A DNA stretch of 64,000 nt from an uncultured delta proteobacterium (GTDB taxonomy: Bacteria; Myxococcota; B64-G9), in the NCBI GenBank assembly GCA_963754925.1, contig CAVWHX010000004.1, positions 1,408,001 to 1,472,000 on the forward strand. The letters are read 5' to 3'. Numbering within the stretch: position 1 is the stretch's first letter; each line of letters begins with the position of its first letter. Shown here in pieces: positions 58,623 through 64,000 of the stretch. The notes under the pieces are model-generated. The model was not told the origin of the DNA. It saw nothing but the letters and a program-made list of their open reading frames with translations, and searched no databases. The position numbers and the translations under genes were made by a program.

Positions 58623-59582
58623 ATGAAGCGGATTCTGGTTACCGGGGCGTTGGGCCAAGTCGGCTCGGAACTGGTGGTGACCCTTCGCCAACGCTACGGC
58701 ATCGACAATGTGGTAGCTTCTGATCTGCGCATGCCCTTTGAACATGCCTGCGTGGAAGGATTTTTTCTTCGGGTCGATTGCACCGATTACACCGTGGTCA
58801 AGCAGGCGGTCGAGAAATACCAGATTGACACGATCTTTCACCTGGCGGCCTTATTATCGGCTGTGGCAGAGGCCAAGCCTCATACGGCCTGGGATGTCAA
58901 CATGGGCGGTTTGTACAACGTTCTGGAAGTGGCGCGCGAGAATCGGTGTGCGGTTTTCTTTCCAAGCTCCATAGGCGCATTCGGGCCCACCACGCCGATG
59001 CATGACACTCCTCAGGATACGCTCCAGCGGCCGACTACCATGTATGGCGTCACCAAGGTCGCGGGCGAACTGCTGTGCGATTACTACCACAAACGCTTCG
59101 GCGTCGACACCCGCGGCGTCCGGTTCCCCGGCATCATCTCAACCGTAACCAAGCCCGGCGGTGGGACCACCGACTACGCGGTTGAGATGTTCTACGCAGC
59201 CATTCGCGACAAACGGTATACGTCTTACCTCAAACGGGGCACCTACCTGGACATGATGTACATGCCCGATGCCATCAAGGCGGCGATACGTTTAATGGAA
59301 GCGGATCCTCGCCGGTTTGTGCATCGCAATTCCTTCAATGTGACCGCGATGAGTTTCGAGCCCGAGATGCTCGCCGCGGAGATCCGCAAGCACATCCCCG
59401 AGTTTGTGCTGGACTACCAGATAGATCCGATGCTCCAGGCGATTGCTGATTCATGGCCGAACAAGCTCGATGATACCTGTGCCCGGCAGGAGTGGGGCTG
59501 GAGGCCCGATTACGACCTCGCCAGTATGGCCGAAGATATGTTTAAGGTGCTCGGCGAGCGTCACCGGTTGGGGAAACTCTAA
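58623..59582 (+). CDS. SDR-type L-threonine 3-dehydrogenase / NAD-dependent epimerase
   Basis: TGALGQVG, HLAALLSA, PSSIGAFG, YGVTK, GGGTTDYAV, MMYMPD, IADSWP. Confidence 0.88.
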   Translation: MKRILVTGALGQVGSELVVTLRQRYGIDNVVASDLRMPFEHACVEGFFLRVDCTDYTVVKQAVEKYQIDTIFHLAALLSAVAEAKPHTAWDVNMGGLYNVLEVARENRCAVFFPSSIGAFGPTTPMHDTPQDTLQRPTTMYGVTKVAGELLCDYYHKRFGVDTRGVRFPGIISTVTKPGGGTTDYAVEMFYAAIRDKRYTSYLKRGTYLDMMYMPDAIKAAIRLMEADPRRFVHRNSFNVTAMSFEPEMLAAEIRKHIPEFVLDYQIDPMLQAIADSWPNKLDDTCARQEWGWRPDYDLASMAEDMFKVLGERHRLGKL

Positions 59583-59608
59583 GTCAAGGGTGAAGCTATC
59601 TTCAGACA

Positions 59609-59642
59609 TTGACATTCCACACCGAAATGATTACAATGTAAT
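59609..59642 (+). promoter_or_regulatory. Sigma70 promoter with overlapping palindromic operator of the TA operon
   Basis: TTGACA-N17-TACAAT; palindrome ATTACA-A-TGTAAT at 59630-59642 covers the -10. Confidence 0.8.
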
Positions 59643-59672
59643 TACCTCGGTGGAGTGAGGCGGAGGTGTTTA

Positions 59673-59930
59673 ATGAGGGTAAACATTGTTCGTATTGGAA
59701 ATTCCCAAGGCATACGGATCCCCAAAGTTGTGTTAGAACAAACGCAGCTAGAGGACGAAGTTGAACTTGAGGTGCGTGACCGGCACTTATTAATACGTGC
59801 AGTAACCAAACCTCGGTATGACTGGGGGCGGAGATTTCGCCTCATGGCCGAGAAAGGCGACGACAAGCTGTTTGATAGAGACGCCACTGACCAGACTTCA
59901 TGGGATAAAGAAGAATGGCAATGGAAGTGA
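59673..59930 (+). CDS. AbrB/MazE-family antitoxin
   Basis: IVRIGNSQGIRIPK; ends WDKEEWQW. Confidence 0.92.
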   Translation: MRVNIVRIGNSQGIRIPKVVLEQTQLEDEVELEVRDRHLLIRAVTKPRYDWGRRFRLMAEKGDDKLFDRDATDQTSWDKEEWQWK

Positions 59931-60245
59931 AACGCTTCGAGGTCTATTTAGTAAATCTCGATCCGACCATTGGCCACGAAATTAAGAAAAAGCCGTCCCT
60001 GCCTAATTATCTCTCCCGATGAAATGAATCGGTACATAGCGACCGTGATAGTCGCTCCTATGACCACCAAAGGGCGCGACTACCCGACTCGCATTCCCTG
60101 TATATTTCAAGGCAAAGAAGGACAGGTAGTCTTAGATCAGATAAGAACGGTCGATAAGATTAGATTGGTTAGACGATTGGGGAGGATCGATTCAAAAACG
60201 CAATCTAACGTGCTCTCCGTATTATCGGAGCTATTTTCTAAATAG
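59921..60245 (+). CDS. PemK/MazF-family toxin with an apparent +1 frameshift in the A-run at 59987-59991
   Basis: MEVKRFEVYLVNLDPTIGHEIKK, then SRPCLIISPDEMN..VAPMT..LDQIRTVDK in the next frame. Confidence 0.88.
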
Positions 60246-60394
60246 ACGTTAAATCATCTTCGTTCTAGGAGCACGTGCTGTTTTTCTTAGGCTATCCAAT
60301 GATCTTTGTTCCGTCTGGAATAGTTGATACTTTCGACTGTATTATACAAAAAAAGAGAAGTTGATACGTCATGTGTTATTTGTAAAGGAATCAA

Positions 60395-60549
60395 GCTCAA
60401 AGATTGGCCACCACCGGACAAAAAAAGAAGCTGTTATGACAGCTCTCTGGGAATATATTGCACACAAAAAACAATTAAAAATTATCGACCTATTTGGCCG
60501 CATCGATTTTGATGAATCATATGATCATAAGATAACATGGCGGCGATGA
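60395..60549 (+). pseudogene. 5'-truncated VapB-like antitoxin remnant
   Basis: GHHRTKKEAVMTALWEYI..KQLKIIDLFGRIDFDESYDHK; no recognisable N-terminus and no toxin follows. Confidence 0.6.
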
Positions 60550-60567
60550 AGATCGCAGCTCTTGCAT

Positions 60568-61267
60568 TTACCGATTAAGTTGTTTCAGTGAAATGTTGCG
60601 ATTGAGCAGAAAACGCATCACCACCGCTGCCACCAACAACGAGCTGCCCATCGAAAAAATACAATCGGTCAAGTAATGGGCTCCCGCCAGGATTCGACCG
60701 TAAGCGATTGCCAGGCCATACGCGAAAACGACCAGCGTTACGAGCAGGGTCGTCTTCCGGTCGCTCATACGGGCAAAGTAGAAAATAAGAGGCGTCAGTA
60801 CAAATGCCATAGCCACATGCCCCGAGGGAAGCGATTCGCTGATAAAGGGGCCGGCAGGGATATAGAAAGGCGTGTAGTTGGAGAAGTCGGGGAGCAAGGG
60901 AAACAAACCGTACCCGGCCCCAGAAGAATTTGATCGATTGAGTAATCAGAAGCGGATGAAGAAGTACTTGAATAATAAGGCCGAGGCTAGCCGTCTTCAT
61001 CGGATAGACGCGAGATTCGGGTTTTGGCCTGGCGATGAGGATCATGAGCGCCCAGAAGACAACGACCCACCCCGGCAATTCACCATACGTGGCCACCGAT
61101 CGAGCAAAGGGTAAGTGCGGGTCAGCGATCGCGATCGAAAGCGGCAAGTCGAATGGGGAAGCCGCCGCCAGGGTGCAGACCCACAGACGGAAACCGAGAC
61201 CCCAGATTATCCAAAACCGTTTGGCCGGCATTCCTGACGGTTGCAGGGCAGGTGGCGATGTCGTCAC
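60568..61267 (-). CDS. PAP2-family phosphatase; apparent frameshift near 60900
   Basis: KFFWGRVR in one frame; SLPSGH and RILAGAHYLTD in another. Confidence 0.85.
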
Positions 61268-61270
61268 GCC

Positions 61271-61933
61271 TCACCTCGGTCCAAAAAGTCGACTTCCAAG
61301 CCGAACGTGGGTAGAGCCCTCCTCAATAGCGATCTGGTATGAATCACTCATGCCCATTGAGAGAATCTTAATAGCAACACCGGGTGGCGGTGCGCGCCTC
61401 AGGGTACCGAACAGCTCGGCTGTCAACCGGAAATAGGGCCGACTGTCCTCGGGGTTGTCGGAAAGTGGTCCCATGGTCATCAGACCTTCGACGCCCAAGT
61501 TCGGAAATTGCGCTAGTGCGGCTGCCAGTTGTTCCACCTGATCAGGCGGGACCCCAGCCTTATTGGGTTCGTTGCCGCTGTTGACTTCTATTAAGATCGG
61601 CATGCGCTTACCGAGCGCAGCGCACGCATCCTGAAGCGCTTGGCCGAGACGCAGACTGTCGACGGTTTCGATCGCATCAAAAATGGCGGCGGCCTTTTTG
61701 GCTTTATTGCGCTGCAAATGGCCGATCAAATGCCACGCCACCGAACGCCCCAGCGCCGAAATTGCCGTCTCCGCTTCTTGGACATAATTATGGCCGATGA
61801 TGGTCACCCCGGCTTCGACGGCAGCGCGCTGTTCCTCGATACTCCGCGTCTTTCCCGCCGCAATCAGCGTAACCCCGGAGGGCAACGTGGCAATCAGCTC
61901 GCGGGCGTTATGGGAAATTTCGGTCAGATTCAT
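61271..61933 (-). CDS. yggS: PLP homeostasis protein (YggS family)
   Basis: NYVQEA, WHLIGHLQRNK, GLMTM, LSMGMSDSY, VRLGS. Confidence 0.94.
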   Translation of the reverse strand: MNLTEISHNARELIATLPSGVTLIAAGKTRSIEEQRAAVEAGVTIIGHNYVQEAETAISALGRSVAWHLIGHLQRNKAKKAAAIFDAIETVDSLRLGQALQDACAALGKRMPILIEVNSGNEPNKAGVPPDQVEQLAAALAQFPNLGVEGLMTMGPLSDNPEDSRPYFRLTAELFGTLRRAPPPGVAIKILSMGMSDSYQIAIEEGSTHVRLGSRLFGPR

Positions 61934-62003
61934 GGATACCTCTGGCCAAAACATCCTACAACGGCCTGAATAGTTCAAGAGGTATAAGACCATATCTGTA
62001 TCA

Positions 62004-62118
62004 GTGATATTGGCACGTGTCGGGTGACGCCGAGCAGGGGGCCCCCCGCCGGCGCGGAGCGAATGCGAGCACCGCCGGGGGATGCAAGGCGGCAGGCCCT
62101 GGCGCGTGACAATATCAC
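62004..62118. repeat. 115-bp GC-rich element with terminal inverted repeats
   Basis: GTGATATTGGCACG ... CGTGACAATATCAC (13/14 match); inner stem CCCCCGCCGG/CCGCCGGGGG. Confidence 0.55.
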
Positions 62119-62201
62119 CATCCGAACCTGAATAGTTACCATAGGTTGATCTCTATTCTTGATTATCGGCGCTGTCCATGCCATAAAACCGAAGCCGCCG
62201 T

Positions 62202-62283
62202 GCGAGAGTGGCGGAACTGGTAGACGCGCCAGACTTAGGATCTGGTGGTTACAACCGTGGGGGTTCAACTCCCCCCTCTCGCA
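62202..62283 (+). tRNA. tRNA-Leu(TAG)
   Basis: GCGAGAGTGGCGGAACTGGTAGACGC; anticodon arm CCAGA-CTTAGGA-TCTGG; GGTTCAACTCC. Confidence 0.95.
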
Positions 62284-62384
62284 CTTGTTGGAGGATCCGG
62301 CTCGGGTGCATTTAAGACGAGATGTTACAGGATTACGCACTGCCCACGAGCTTAAATTAATATCGGTTAATTTGAGAGGAAGAC

Positions 62385-63734
62385 ATGAAAGCAACGGTAG
62401 AAGCAGCCGATGGAGTATTTCGGAACATCACGATCGAGCTTCCGTGGACGATGGTGGAAGAAGAGCTTGAGCGAACGTATAAGGAACTAGCTAAGGATGC
62501 TAATCTAAAGGGGTTTCGTCCTGGTAAAGTTCCGCGTTCGGTACTGATGCAGCGTTTTGGAAAGAAGGTCGAAAACGACGTAAACGCTCGATTGATCCAG
62601 GAGGCGTACGAGGCGGCAGTGATCCAGAACAAACTGGTCCCGGTGAGTAGACCTGAAATACAACCGGGAATGATCAAAAAGGGCCAAGCGTTATCTTTCA
62701 GTATTCGGGTTGAAGTGCGCCCCGAGATAGATCTTAAGAATTACAAGGGGTTCCAACTGGAACGCAAGGAACCCACTATTGATCAATCCTCGGTCGACGA
62801 GGAAATCAATCGCATGAGGGAGCAAAAAGCGGTGCTCGTTCCCATCGAAGGCCGGCAAGAGGCTCAGGTTGGCGATACGGTAGCGGTTGATTACCTGACG
62901 ACTCTGGACGGAAAACTAATCAAGGGCGGAGAAAGTAAGGAGTACCTCATCGAGCTGGGCGCCAACCGTACGCTTCCAGGATTTGAGGATGCGCTAGCCG
63001 GCATGTCCGTCGGCCAGACCAAAGAATTCGATCTCGACGTACCCGCCAGCACCACAAGTCCTGACCTGGCTGGCAAGCGCGTCCACTTCAAGGTAACTTT
63101 GAATGCCTTGAAACAACGTGAAGTTCCCGTACTCAACGACGAGTTTGTCACCGACCTTGGCAACCCCGAGCTCAAAAACATTGCCGATCTGCGCGCCATG
63201 GTTGAGAGGCGCGTCCTCGACCGCGAACGAATGCGGCTTCATCAAGAGCTGTCTGAAAAGCTTATCGATCTGCTCATCGAAGCCAACCCGTTTCCGGTTC
63301 CGCCATCGCTGGTTGAAAACCAGTACGAGGTATCGAAAAAGGAGATGGAGAATTTTTTCCAAAGTCAGGGCCTCATGATCGGACACGACGACAGAATGCA
63401 AGGAGAGATGCAGTCTAGTCTACAGAAACGCGCCGAACGTGAGGTTCGTTCGGCATTATTGATTTCAGCCGTGGCGGAGAGGGAAAAACTGACGATCAAC
63501 GACGCCGATATCGAAAGCCACTTGAAAAAGCTTGCCGAAAAAAGCGGGCACAATATAGCACGACTGAAGGCATTATATCAAGAGCCGCAACATATGAGTC
63601 GAATACGCTACCACCTATTACAGGAGAAGGTTCTTGATTATTTACTGGATCCGTCTAACATTAAAGAACTACCGGAGGCCATGGCCGGGCCCGAAAGCCC
63701 CGCGGTGCCCCCCATGGTACAGGAGAACCAATGA
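62385..63734 (+). CDS. tig: Trigger factor
   Basis: KGFRPGKVP ribosome-binding motif; FKBP domain ([10 protein letters not shown]). Confidence 0.96.
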   Translation: MKATVEAADGVFRNITIELPWTMVEEELERTYKELAKDANLKGFRPGKVPRSVLMQRFGKKVENDVNARLIQEAYEAAVIQNKLVPVSRPEIQPGMIKKGQALSFSIRVEVRPEIDLKNYKGFQLERKEPTIDQSSVDEEINRMREQKAVLVPIEGRQEAQVGDTVAVDYLTTLDGKLIKGGESKEYLIELGANRTLPGFEDALAGMSVGQTKEFDLDVPASTTSPDLAGKRVHFKVTLNALKQREVPVLNDEFVTDLGNPELKNIADLRAMVERRVLDRERMRLHQELSEKLIDLLIEANPFPVPPSLVENQYEVSKKEMENFFQSQGLMIGHDDRMQGEMQSSLQKRAEREVRSALLISAVAEREKLTINDADIESHLKKLAEKSGHNIARLKALYQEPQHMSRIRYHLLQEKVLDYLLDPSNIKELPEAMAGPESPAVPPMVQENQ

Positions 63735-64000
63735 CCTTGATTCCGATTGTTGTTGAACAATCGCATCGCGGCGAGCGGGCATACGACATCTACTCCCGTT
63801 TGCTGAAGGATCGCATTATCTTTTTGGGGGAGGCTATCGACGACGAGGTAGCTAACCTGGTGATAGCTCAAATGCTTTTCCTCGAAAGTGAGGATCCGGA
63901 TAAAGATATTAACCTCTATATCAATAGTCCCGGCGGTGTGGTGAGCTCTGGTCTGGCTATTTACGACACCATGCAGTATGTCAAGGCGCCGGTTTCAACC
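63731..64000 (+). CDS. clpP: Clp protease proteolytic subunit, runs off the window
   Basis: [40 protein letters not shown]. Confidence 0.96.
   Translation, partial: MTLIPIVVEQSHRGERAYDIYSRLLKDRIIFLGEAIDDEVANLVIAQMLFLESEDPDKDINLYINSPGGVVSSGLAIYDTMQYVKAPVST

Overview
Chromosomal window from a deltaproteobacterium-like organism (Myxococcota/Desulfobacterota-type gene content; inferred). Housekeeping blocks lie at both ends: purF, HU, recR-ybaB-dnaX-ffs-tRNA cluster-tadA, lepA-hemW-thiL on the left; xseAB-ispA, rlmD, yggS, tRNA-Leu-tig-clpP on the right. Between them is a nickel/hydrogenase region: nikR, a NikMNQO-type ECF importer, a group 3d-type NAD-reducing [NiFe]-hydrogenase (hoxFUYHW), cysE, and CDF and MntP exporters. 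Three things stand out. (1) An 87-aa protein with 34 His residues (mostly HxH repeats) at 20336-20599, which the ORF track misses. (2) A divergent operon behind a perfect NikR-like operator, encoding two Cys-rich lipoproteins, a TonB-dependent receptor, an ECF S/T/ATPase module and a methyltransferase; this is a candidate undescribed nickel-complex uptake system. (3) A family of ~50-55 bp hairpin elements with compensatory stem changes that insert into one another up to three deep. Many genes carry single-base frameshifts, probably long-read assembly errors, so pseudogene status cannot be decided from this sequence alone.
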